Positions 33,537-42,255 of a stretch of 64,000 nucleotides of DNA are shown one piece after another. Source of the DNA: Opitutales bacterium. GTDB lineage: Bacteria; Verrucomicrobiota; Verrucomicrobiia; Opitutales; UBA2987. The position numbers were made by a program, and so were the translations under genes. The notes below the pieces were generated by a model. It was given only the letters and a program-made list of their open reading frames with translations, had not been told where the DNA came from and did not search any database. Positions within the stretch are counted from its first letter, which is position 1, and each line of letters opens with the position of its first letter. The DNA lies in the NCBI GenBank assembly GCA_965226885.1, contig CBDDEL010000017.1:448001-512000 (forward strand). Reading direction: 5' to 3'.

Positions 33537-34193
33537 TCAATTGGAAAGGCTGTTCACCAGGCATGAACGAGGATGCACATTTAACAAATGACACCGCTCT
33601 TCATCCCTCAGGTAACGAATGGGGTCGCTGTTTCCGCGTCTGATCTTGATTTTTGACGGCAGACTGAGGGCTACTTTTCGATGGAAGTATATGCGGCTCT
33701 TTTCTGAAATCAAATCATCAAAAAACACGGCATGATAATAGGACAAGAGATAGGATATAATCTCGATATAATCGAGGTTGCCAGCGGCAATATGGCAGTT
33801 CAACCGTTCGACCCAACTGAACCCGTGCAGCATTTGCAATCCTTTGTTTGTCAATGCGTTAAATTCGTGATAGATGCGTGTGATGGGACGCTGATTTTCG
33901 TGTCCAGGCTCTTTTCGCAAGACTGCAATATCAAACTCGGAACCGACCCAGTAAGAAAGAGCCAATTGGCGCAATTCATCCAGATAAGCAGATTCCCAAT
34001 TGACCGCCCGATCGGCAAAGGGTATTCTCTGACCACTGATATCAATGAGACTGTAAGGACCTTTGGGATCTCCAAATGCAACTATTTTCAGCCGATTATA
34101 ATATTTCGGGCGATGGCCAAGGGACCAAATTTCCTTGGTCGTACTATGCTTTCGCGGCGCGAAATACTTGTTTCTGCTCTGGTCGTTTACCAT
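33537..34193 (-). CDS. Hypothetical protein (218 aa)
   Basis: Open frame with AAGGAG upstream; no family recognised. Confidence 0.5.
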   Translation of the reverse strand: MVNDQSRNKYFAPRKHSTTKEIWSLGHRPKYYNRLKIVAFGDPKGPYSLIDISGQRIPFADRAVNWESAYLDELRQLALSYWVGSEFDIAVLRKEPGHENQRPITRIYHEFNALTNKGLQMLHGFSWVERLNCHIAAGNLDYIEIISYLLSYYHAVFFDDLISEKSRIYFHRKVALSLPSKIKIRRGNSDPIRYLRDEERCHLLNVHPRSCLVNSLSN

Positions 34194-34416
34194 TTATCCG
34201 TATTCTCCTTGGCGCTTGATGAGTTCAAGAAGAATGATGAAGTTTAAAATTTAACTAATTTATTTATCGTTTTATATCTTATATATTTTTACAAGTATAA
34301 TATACATCAACTATTTACATATTCAATGAAAAGACGATTATATGTAAACGCCGGGGAAAAACCGGTACGGTAAAGAGGGCGCTTTAAAACCGGTACGCTT
34401 ATCCTAGAAAGGAGGA

Positions 34417-35922
34417 GTGTATCGAGATATGAAGCAATGGACAAGAGTGCGGCACAAAGTGCTGCGGGACAAGCAGAGCAAGCGCTCTGTAATGCGAGAA
34501 GAGGGACTGCACTGGGAGACCCTGGGAAAGATGCTGGCCTATTCCCAGCCGCCGGGATACCGGCGCAAGAAGAGGCGAGAGCGCAAGATCGATCCGTATG
34601 TGGGCTGGATCGAGGAGGTGCTCAAAGCGGACCGGAACGTGCCCAAGAAGCAGCGCCATACGGCCAAACGGATCTACCAGCGTTTGGGTCGGGAGAAGGG
34701 CTACCAAGGGGGCTACACGGCGGTCAAGGAGGTGGTGGCCGAGCTGCGAGCGAGGCGGCGGGAAGTGTTCGTGCCGCTGGAGCACCGCCCCGGGGAGGGA
34801 CAGGTGGACTTCGGTCATGCCCTGGTGAAGGAGGCGGGGCAATTGCGTAGGCGGCCATTTTTTGCCATGAGCCTGCCCTACAGCGATGCCTTTTTCGTGC
34901 AGGTGTTCGAACGGGAGTGCACGGAGAGCTTCTGGGAGGGGCACCTGCGAGCTTTTGAGTTTTTCGGGGCGGTGCCCCGGCGCATCAGCTATGACAACTC
35001 GAAGGTGGCGGTGGGTAAGATTATCGGTTCGCGTGAACGCAAGCTGACCGACGGGTTTCTGCAGCTACAGAGCCATTACCTGTTCGAGGAACACTTCTGT
35101 CTGCCCGCCCGGCCCAACGAGAAGGGCGTGGTCGAGGGGATCGTGCGTTATGCCCGGGCCAACTTCCTGGTACCGGTACCGCAGGTTCGGGACCTGGAGG
35201 AACTCAACGCAAAGCTGTTGGAGGCATGTGAGCGGGACATGGAGCGTAAATTACGCGGGAAAAGGGCGGTGAAAAAGGAACTGCTGGCCGAGGAGCGCGC
35301 CGTCATGCTGGCGTTGCCGCCCATACCCTTTGAAGCGAGCCGCAAACGCTCGACCTGCGTCAGCAGCCTCTCGCTGGTGCGCTTCGAGTGCAACGACTAT
35401 TCGGTGCCGGTGCGCTGCGCCCACCATCCGGTGGTGGTGGAAGGGTCCTGTCGGCAGGTGGTGATCTTCTGTGGGGGCCAAGAGGTGGCCCGGCACCGCC
35501 GCATTTGGGATAAAGAGCAAGTCTCTTTCGAGCCGGTGCACTACCTGGCTTTGCTGGAGAAAAAACCGGGCGCTTTGGACTTCGCCCGCCCACTCTCGGG
35601 CTGGCAGTTGCCGCAGTGCCTGCAGGTCCTCAGACGCCGGCTCGAAAGCCAATGCGGGGGCGAAGGCACCCGGGAGTATATCCGGGTGCTGCGGCTGTTG
35701 GAGAAACACCCCATGGCGGCCTTGCAGCAGGCCGTCGTCTCGGCCCTGCGGGTGGGGGGACTGACTCGTGAGGCCATCGCCCAGTATCTCTATCCTCAGG
35801 AAGACTACGGGAGCAGAACCTTCCGGCTGGACGGCCATCCACACCTGCGTCACGTCCGTGTGGCCGCCCCTGACCTCGGTGCCTACAGCGAACTGCTCAA
35901 GATTCCAGGAGGGGCTTTATGA
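34417..35922 (+). CDS. istA: IS21 transposase IstA
   Basis: GQVDFG, SYDN, EKGVVE DDE motifs. Confidence 0.92.
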   Translation: MYRDMKQWTRVRHKVLRDKQSKRSVMREEGLHWETLGKMLAYSQPPGYRRKKRRERKIDPYVGWIEEVLKADRNVPKKQRHTAKRIYQRLGREKGYQGGYTAVKEVVAELRARRREVFVPLEHRPGEGQVDFGHALVKEAGQLRRRPFFAMSLPYSDAFFVQVFERECTESFWEGHLRAFEFFGAVPRRISYDNSKVAVGKIIGSRERKLTDGFLQLQSHYLFEEHFCLPARPNEKGVVEGIVRYARANFLVPVPQVRDLEELNAKLLEACERDMERKLRGKRAVKKELLAEERAVMLALPPIPFEASRKRSTCVSSLSLVRFECNDYSVPVRCAHHPVVVEGSCRQVVIFCGGQEVARHRRIWDKEQVSFEPVHYLALLEKKPGALDFARPLSGWQLPQCLQVLRRRLESQCGGEGTREYIRVLRLLEKHPMAALQQAVVSALRVGGLTREAIAQYLYPQEDYGSRTFRLDGHPHLRHVRVAAPDLGAYSELLKIPGGAL

Positions 35923-36694
35923 AGGAAGAAAAAAACCAGCTGCTGTTACACCATCACCTCAAGAAACTGAAGTTGCCCACCATCCTGCGCGAATGGCCGG
36001 CGGTGGCCGCGGCTTGTTCCCGGGACCGGCTCGATTACGCCGCCTTTTTGTTGCATCTGGTCGAACGGGAGCTCATTGAACGCGAACAGCGGGCCGCCCA
36101 GCGGCGGATCAAAAACGCCCGTTTCCCCGTGCTCAAGACCCTCGAGAGCTTCGCCTTTGAAGCGCAGCCCTCGATCAACGAAGCGCTCATCCGAGAGCTC
36201 ATGCGCGGGGAGTATGTCGACCAGCGCGAAAACGTGCTGCTCCTCGGTAACGCCGGTACCGGTAAAACGCACCTGGCCACCGCCCTGGGCTTTGCCGCCT
36301 GTGCCCAGGGCCGGCGGATCCGTTTCTTCGGGGTCACCGCCCTGGTTACCCATATGCTCGAGCGCTCGAGCAACGCGACAACCACGACCTGCAGCGCTTC
36401 ATGAAGCAACTCGAAAGGCTCGACCTACTCATCCTCGACGAACTCGGTTACGTCCCTTTTTCCAAGACCGGTTCCGAACTGCTCTTCGACGTGGTCAGCC
36501 GCGCTTACGAGCGCACCAGTCTCATCGTCACCACCAACCTGCCCTTTGAGAACTGGATCGAAGTGCTCGGTTCCGAACGGCTCACCGGAGCTCTGCTGGA
36601 CCGACTCACCCATCGGGTGCATATCCTCGAAGCCAACGGGCAAAGCTACCGCTTGCGCGATGCTCGACGCCGTCGCCGTGGCACAAAACAATAA
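35919..36694 (+). pseudogene. istB: IS21 helper ATPase IstB, frameshifted
   Basis: GNAGTGKT Walker A and LLILDELG Walker B lie in different frames; removing the duplicated GCTCGAGC (36356-36371) restores MLEQRDNHDLQRFMKQL. Confidence 0.9.
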
Positions 36695-36970
36695 ACGCCT
36701 TGGGCCCGGCTCGTCGGCCTCCGGCCTCCTCACCGACCCCAAGCCAATCCCCAAAACCAACTCCCAAACCCTAAACCTTGACGTACCTGCAATTACTAAC
36801 CTAAACCTTATTCCAAGCGTACCGGTTTTACCCCGACCCCCGTACCGGTTTCATCCCGGCGTTTACAATTATATCAATATTTTGAAATATTTTTTACAAT
36901 AGTTGCCCTCTTTTCTACTTTCTATAAAAGTCGAACAAGGAGTGGATTTATTTACAGAAATCGGATAATA

Positions 36971-36998
36971 TGTAACCTTATGCATCCCGGTTCGTATT
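36971..36998 (+). promoter_or_regulatory. Putative ECF sigma promoter TGTAACC...CGTATT
   Basis: AAC-N16-CGT core about 270 bp upstream of an ECF sigma gene. Confidence 0.6.
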
Positions 36999-37005
36999 CA
37001 GGGGC

Positions 37006-37152
37006 ATGAAAACGAATTATTATCGAGAATTTCTGGTATGGACCTTGACCAGCCTGCTGCTGCTGATCGGTGTAATGGCCGCGGAGGCAGGGGTTATAAG
37101 CCTGGTTGACGCTTTGGCGATTGATATTCCATTACGTAATGAGTTGGTATGA
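37006..37152 (+). CDS. Small putative single-pass membrane protein (48 aa)
   Basis: MKTNYYREFLVWTLTSLLLLIGVMAAEAGVISLVDALAIDIPLRNELV*, directly after the ECF-type promoter; below the ORF-track cutoff. Confidence 0.5.
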   Translation: MKTNYYREFLVWTLTSLLLLIGVMAAEAGVISLVDALAIDIPLRNELV

Positions 37153-37268
37153 CCGCCGGGATTCCCTTTGACAAATCCGGGGCCACTGGGAACTAATTTA
37201 GAGGAAATCGCCCAGCTCGCCTGCTGTTAGACAAAAGAAAAATCGCTCAAAAACCCGGTTCAAAAAAA

Positions 37269-37817
37269 GTGATAACTGACGAGACGCTCATGCAATCTGT
37301 GAAAAATGGCACATTGGATTCCCTGGGGCCGCTATTTGAGCGCTACCATGTGAAGCTGTTCAATTTCTTTCTCCGACTAACCTCAAATCGGGAAACGAGC
37401 GAGGATTTAACCCAGAGCGTATTTCACAGGATTCTTCAATTTCGACATACTTATAAAGAAAACTATCCCTTTCGGGCCTGGATGTATCGCATGGCACGAA
37501 ATTTGCATGCGGACCACTATCGAAAGCACAATAGAAGCATGGAAACTTTCGAAGAAAGCCGTCATGCCGTAAATTCGGAGGGACCAGCTGTTGACGAATT
37601 GGAGAAAAAGGAAAGCAAACAGCGTTTGCTGGAAGCACTCAATCGATTGCCGATGAAACAAAAAGAATTGCTCGTGCTGAGCCGTTTCGAAGGATTGAAG
37701 TATGATGAAATTGCCCAAATCAAAGGAATATCGGTGGGGGCGATAAAAGTGAGGGTGCATCGAGCCATTGCACGGTTAAGAGAGGTATATTTGAAACTTC
37801 CGAAAATGGAGGGCTAA
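37269..37817 (+). CDS. ECF sigma-70 factor
   Basis: LFERYH...SEDLTQ...FRAWMYRMARN (region 2); EGLKYDEIA...GAIKVRVHRA (region 4). Confidence 0.93.
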   Translation: MITDETLMQSVKNGTLDSLGPLFERYHVKLFNFFLRLTSNRETSEDLTQSVFHRILQFRHTYKENYPFRAWMYRMARNLHADHYRKHNRSMETFEESRHAVNSEGPAVDELEKKESKQRLLEALNRLPMKQKELLVLSRFEGLKYDEIAQIKGISVGAIKVRVHRAIARLREVYLKLPKMEG

Positions 37818-39384
37818 CCCGGATATTTCGTAAAAAAAGTATCGTTGATATGCTTAACTGCTGATATACAGCAGGATAGATCAATAATTAAAGCAATATC
37901 AGCGATGACAAAAGGTAAACAATTAAAGCTACAGTTGACAAGGGTAAAAGGCCGCCGTGTGCGGGTTGATTTCAAGGGCGGAGAGGTTACTTCGGATGCC
38001 GGACTGCTTTTGATCCGGGAAGTGGATCGGCAGTTGGGCTTGACCGAACGAGCGGCCCGACAGTTAGTGGACAAACGGCAGAAGGGCAAAGTACGCCATG
38101 AGGTCTTGGGGATGCTGCTGCAGCGCGTTTACGGGCTGGTGGCGGGCTATGAGGATTTGAACGACTTTGATACCCTGCGCCACGATCCATTGTTGCAAAC
38201 GGTAACGGGGCGCATTGAAACGTTGGCCAGCGCGCCGACTTTGTGTCGTTTTGAAAACGGGCAGGATCGGCGGGCGGCCTTTGCGGTAAACGAGCTGTTG
38301 GTCGAACAGTTCATGGGCTCCTTTGCCGAGGAACCCGAAGAGATCATCCTGGACTTTGACGGCACCGACAATCCGGTGCACGGGCTCCAGGAGGGACGTT
38401 TTTTCCACGGTTATTATGATCATTACTGTTTTCTGCCGCTATATGTTTTTTGCGGTGATCAGCTGCTGGTGGCCTACCTGCGGCCGAGCAAGATCGATGC
38501 CAGCAAGCATGCCGGGGCCATCCTCAAATTGCTGGTTAAACGGATTCGCCAAAGCTGGCCCCGTACGCGGATTATTTGGCGCGCCGACAGTGGATTTTGT
38601 CGAGACCGGATACTCTCTTGGTGCGACCGCAACGAAGTTAGTTACATCGTGGGGATGGCTCGCAATGCACGCTTGCAGCAAGACGCCCAGCAGTTGCAAA
38701 AGCAGGCCAAAGAATGGTTCGAACTAAGGGGTAAAAAACAACGGTTATTCCAGGACTTCGTCTATGCTGCCGATTCGTGGCGATGGCTGCGGTTGGTCAT
38801 CCATAAAGCCGAACACACCGCACAGGGGTCCAACCCGCGCTTCGTGGTGACGAACCTGCCGGGCGATCCCCAGGAGCTTTACGACAAGGTATACTGTGGC
38901 CGCGGTGAAATGGAGAACCGCATCAAGGAACAGATGCAATTGTTCAGCGAGCGCACCAGCGCCCATCAATGGTGGGCCAATCAGTGGCGATTGCTCTTGT
39001 CGGCGCTGGCCTACACCTTGATGGAAGCCATGCGCCGGTTAGCCTTAAAAGGGACGAAGTGGGCGCGGGCCCAATGCCACACCCTGCGGCTCAAATTAAT
39101 CAAGATCGGAGCGGTCATCGTGCGCAACACCCGAACGATTCACTTTCACCTAAGTGAGAGTTATCCTTGGGCCAGTCTTTTCAACCATGCGGCCCGCCGA
39201 TTGGTGCCAACCTAAAGGGTGCATTGGTGCTGCCCCCGGCACTACCGAACCAATGGGGGAAAGGGGGCAGTGTCTCTACACCCTGAAAAACACCTAAAAA
39301 TCAAGACGATCTGCTCAAAATACAAAGAAATCCATCTCCAATAGCAATAACGAGCCAAACTTTACCCTTCATGAAATATCCGGG
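37818..39384 (+). mobile_element. IS1380-family element (1567 bp), intact transposase 37845-39215, TSD CTAA
   Basis: IR CCCGGATATTTC; TSDAG, LDFD, RADSGF, RGEMENRIKE motifs. Confidence 0.93.
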
Positions 39385-39392
39385 CTAATACA

Positions 39393-40229
39393 ATGAAATG
39401 CGAAAATGTCAGCGTGCAATTGCCTTCATTGTGGGAAAACAGTCTGGAACCTGCCTTGGCGGAGGATGTTCGCCGGCACCTGGATCATTGCAAAACCTGC
39501 CGTGAAGAATGGAAACATTTAGGCGCCTTGTTGGCTGAAATAGAGGCCGTTGAAAAGGTCCCGCCGAGCCATCACTTGCGGGAAAACTTTTACCTCATGC
39601 TGGAAGAAGCAAAAGCGGATGCCAACCTTGAAAGCGTCGATATACTGGGGAAAACCTTGGTTGAACCTATTTTCTGGAAATACATGCCCTGGGCGGGAAG
39701 CATTGCGGCCGGCCTGGCGCTGCTCCTGGGAGGCTTCTGGATCGGCAGGCAGCAGACTTACCCGCCGGGAATGCCGAGCCCACATACTGAAACGGCCGCC
39801 GCCCGGGAACTGGAATCTTTGCAGGGGCAAATCGAATCCATGAAAGAGATGATGGCCGTTTACATGATGGACCAGCGTTCCGCCAGCAAACGCATCCAGG
39901 CCGTTAGCTACACCGATGAAATTTCGGAACTCTCGCCGGAACTCTTCGAGGCGCTCTTGCAAAGACTCAACCAGGACGAGAATGTAAATGTTCGTTTGGC
40001 CTCCCTCAACGCTCTGACCCGTTTTACCCGGCAGGAAAATGTGCGCGCCGCCCTGGTCGATTCCCTGCCCGGACAGACTCATCCGGTGATGCAGATATTG
40101 CTGATCAACCTGATGGTGGACATGGATGAAAAACGAGCCCGCGGCCCTCTGCAGCTGTTGCTGGACAACGCTGCCACCCCGTTGGAGGTTAAAGACAAAG
40201 CCCTCAAGGGCCTGGGACAGCTCCTTTAA
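39393..40229 (+). CDS. Anti-sigma factor with ZAS zinc motif, TM and HEAT-like repeat domain
   Basis: HLDHCKTC (HxxxCxxC), TM near aa 100, DENVNVRLASLNAL. Confidence 0.82.
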   Translation: MKCENVSVQLPSLWENSLEPALAEDVRRHLDHCKTCREEWKHLGALLAEIEAVEKVPPSHHLRENFYLMLEEAKADANLESVDILGKTLVEPIFWKYMPWAGSIAAGLALLLGGFWIGRQQTYPPGMPSPHTETAAARELESLQGQIESMKEMMAVYMMDQRSASKRIQAVSYTDEISELSPELFEALLQRLNQDENVNVRLASLNALTRFTRQENVRAALVDSLPGQTHPVMQILLINLMVDMDEKRARGPLQLLLDNAATPLEVKDKALKGLGQLL

Positions 40230-40275
40230 GAATTGGCCATCATTTCAAAATCAAGATAAAGAATAAGGAATTAAA

Positions 40276-41181
40276 ATGAATCAAATTAAACAATTATTAT
40301 GCCTCGTGCTGCTAGGCCTGTTTCCAACTGTCGGGTTGGCCAGAGAAGGGGCGAAGCATTCATTCATTCCCGCGGAAACCATTCGGGAGGTGCGGCTCAC
40401 CTTTATTGAAAATTACGGCGATATTACAATCGAAGGCACAGAGGAGGAGGAGATCACCATTATTGCATTAGATTACGAACAGCAGAATGAGGAAGATGAG
40501 GAGGGAGACGACTTCATTTCTGTATTTTCAGTTGGCCGGGACAATACGGGAATCGGCCTCACCATTGAGGAAGATAAAGATAGTGTAAAAATCGTCGGTA
40601 TTCCCAATAGCGCTTCATCCGACTACGCAATCAGCATTCCCAATCGGTTTTCCCTAAAAGTAAACAATATTGGGAACGGCGATTCCATCATTCAAAATTT
40701 CAAGGGTGAAATCGAGGTATCCGTAGTAGAGGGCGACGCCATCATCAGAAATATTACCGGCCCGGCCACTTTGCACAATATGAATGGAGATTTGGTGGTC
40801 AGCTTTTCCGAGGTTTCCCAGGAAGCTCCCACTTCCATAACTAACCTCAATGGCGACACGGTGGTGAGCATTCCAGCGGACACTCGGGCCAATCTAAAAA
40901 TGAAATCGCTCAACAGCGATATCCGTACAAACCTGAACATTGAATTCGACACCCAAAGACAGGACCGTCACGCCTATAATTTCGGACCGCGAACCGTCAG
41001 CGGAAAATTGAACGGCGGAGGGGTCCTCATTTCACTGGAATCGATCAATGGCGATATCGTCCTCAAAAAAAATAGCGGAAAAATTTCCGAGCTTTCTCTA
41101 AAACCACCCAAACCTCCAAAAACCAATAGCCGGAAGCGTAATCGCACCGAGGATGTGGAGGAATTTGAAGAATTAAACTAA
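40276..41181 (+). CDS. Secreted DUF4097-like beta-strand repeat protein
   Basis: Signal peptide; repeated NGD motifs; GKLNGGG..ISLESINGDI. Confidence 0.75.
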   Translation: MNQIKQLLCLVLLGLFPTVGLAREGAKHSFIPAETIREVRLTFIENYGDITIEGTEEEEITIIALDYEQQNEEDEEGDDFISVFSVGRDNTGIGLTIEEDKDSVKIVGIPNSASSDYAISIPNRFSLKVNNIGNGDSIIQNFKGEIEVSVVEGDAIIRNITGPATLHNMNGDLVVSFSEVSQEAPTSITNLNGDTVVSIPADTRANLKMKSLNSDIRTNLNIEFDTQRQDRHAYNFGPRTVSGKLNGGGVLISLESINGDIVLKKNSGKISELSLKPPKPPKTNSRKRNRTEDVEEFEELN

Positions 41182-41294
41182 AGCAGGGGGTAAAATCCCA
41201 TGAGTACCGGCCATAAAATTTTCCGCATAAGAAAAAAATCATTAGTTTTTTACCGATTCCGACCGAAAAAAGAATAAACCAGATTTTTAAAGTA

Positions 41295-41702
41295 ATGTCG
41301 GAAAACAAAACTCCAGGCCGGTTTCGGGGCGGGGTAAATAGATGGCCAAGGATACTTTTATGGTCGATCCTTGGGTTCCCACTATTGACTGGGGTCTGCG
41401 GGTGCTCAAAATTTGCCCGAAATCAAATCAACGCTAGTTTCAAATCTGGCGGAACCGTCCTACAAATAGAGAATACGGGCAACTGGGATTGGCCGCATCT
41501 GTTCGTAAAACTAAATCGATACGCCCCCGAGGGACCTTTTACTTTGGCTATTAACGAGCCCTTGGCCGCTGGTGAAAGTATAAATGTAGAGCTGGCAAAC
41601 TTCCGCAACGCTGGCGGCAGCCGATTCAATCCGGTTGAAACCAAAGTGGAAATAATCTCGCTGCGTATTGCGGCTGAAGATCGAACTTTCCGCTTCAATT
41701 AG
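41295..41702 (+). CDS. Hypothetical putative lipoprotein
   Basis: Hydrophobic N-terminal segment ending in GVCGC. Confidence 0.5.
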   Translation: MSENKTPGRFRGGVNRWPRILLWSILGFPLLTGVCGCSKFARNQINASFKSGGTVLQIENTGNWDWPHLFVKLNRYAPEGPFTLAINEPLAAGESINVELANFRNAGGSRFNPVETKVEIISLRIAAEDRTFRFN

Positions 41703-41791
41703 ACCCTTCACGACTTTTCATAATGCTCGGTTCATGAGAAGCGGGCAAATTAAGTAAAAAGTTGACTTGTAGGGAGCGCAGTTTTTTTGAT

Positions 41792-42202
41792 ATGGCAATC
41801 ACCATGGGCAAACAAATCGTTTTTAAACCGGGGCAGGTTCTAATCAAAGAAGGTGTGATTGGCAATGGTTTCTATATCCTCAGAAGCGGCCACCTGGAGG
41901 TTTACAAGGATAATGTGTGCATTGCCGAAATCAAGCATCCCGACACGATTTTTGGCGAAATGAGCGATATCCTGAATAAACCGCGAACCTGCAACATTAT
42001 TGCGAAAACGAAAAGCATAGTGGAACTCATTGTCAACGGCATCGATGATACGGTGAGGAATAATCCGGCTCTAACCAAACATATCCTCCGGGACCTGGCC
42101 GAACGTCTCGAGCAAACCACGAAAAAACTGGCGGACTCGGAAAGAAATCTCCTCTGGACCATCAAGGAGCCGAATAAACAGAATTCAAAGGATAACACTT
42201 AA
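41792..42202 (+). CDS. Stand-alone cyclic nucleotide-binding domain protein
   Basis: LIKEG, FYILRSG, IFGEM...PRT; no HTH. Confidence 0.8.
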   Translation: MAITMGKQIVFKPGQVLIKEGVIGNGFYILRSGHLEVYKDNVCIAEIKHPDTIFGEMSDILNKPRTCNIIAKTKSIVELIVNGIDDTVRNNPALTKHILRDLAERLEQTTKKLADSERNLLWTIKEPNKQNSKDNT

Positions 42203-42255
42203 ATTTCAAGCGGCATGCGGTTGCCCGGGTTTGCCGATCCCGAACAGAGATTCAT

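Larger units (their letters stand above)
34343..36867 (+). mobile_element. IS21-family element (2525 bp), TSD ATTATA
   Basis: TGTAAACGCC...GGCGTTTACA ends; two AAAACCGGTACG-like repeats at each end; istA-istB arrangement. Confidence 0.95.

Noticed and set aside
39225..39246. CACTACC in the IS1380 3' hairpin as an IS1 end
   Set aside because: Only a 7-bp match, present in every IS1380 copy, with no further IS1 sequence.
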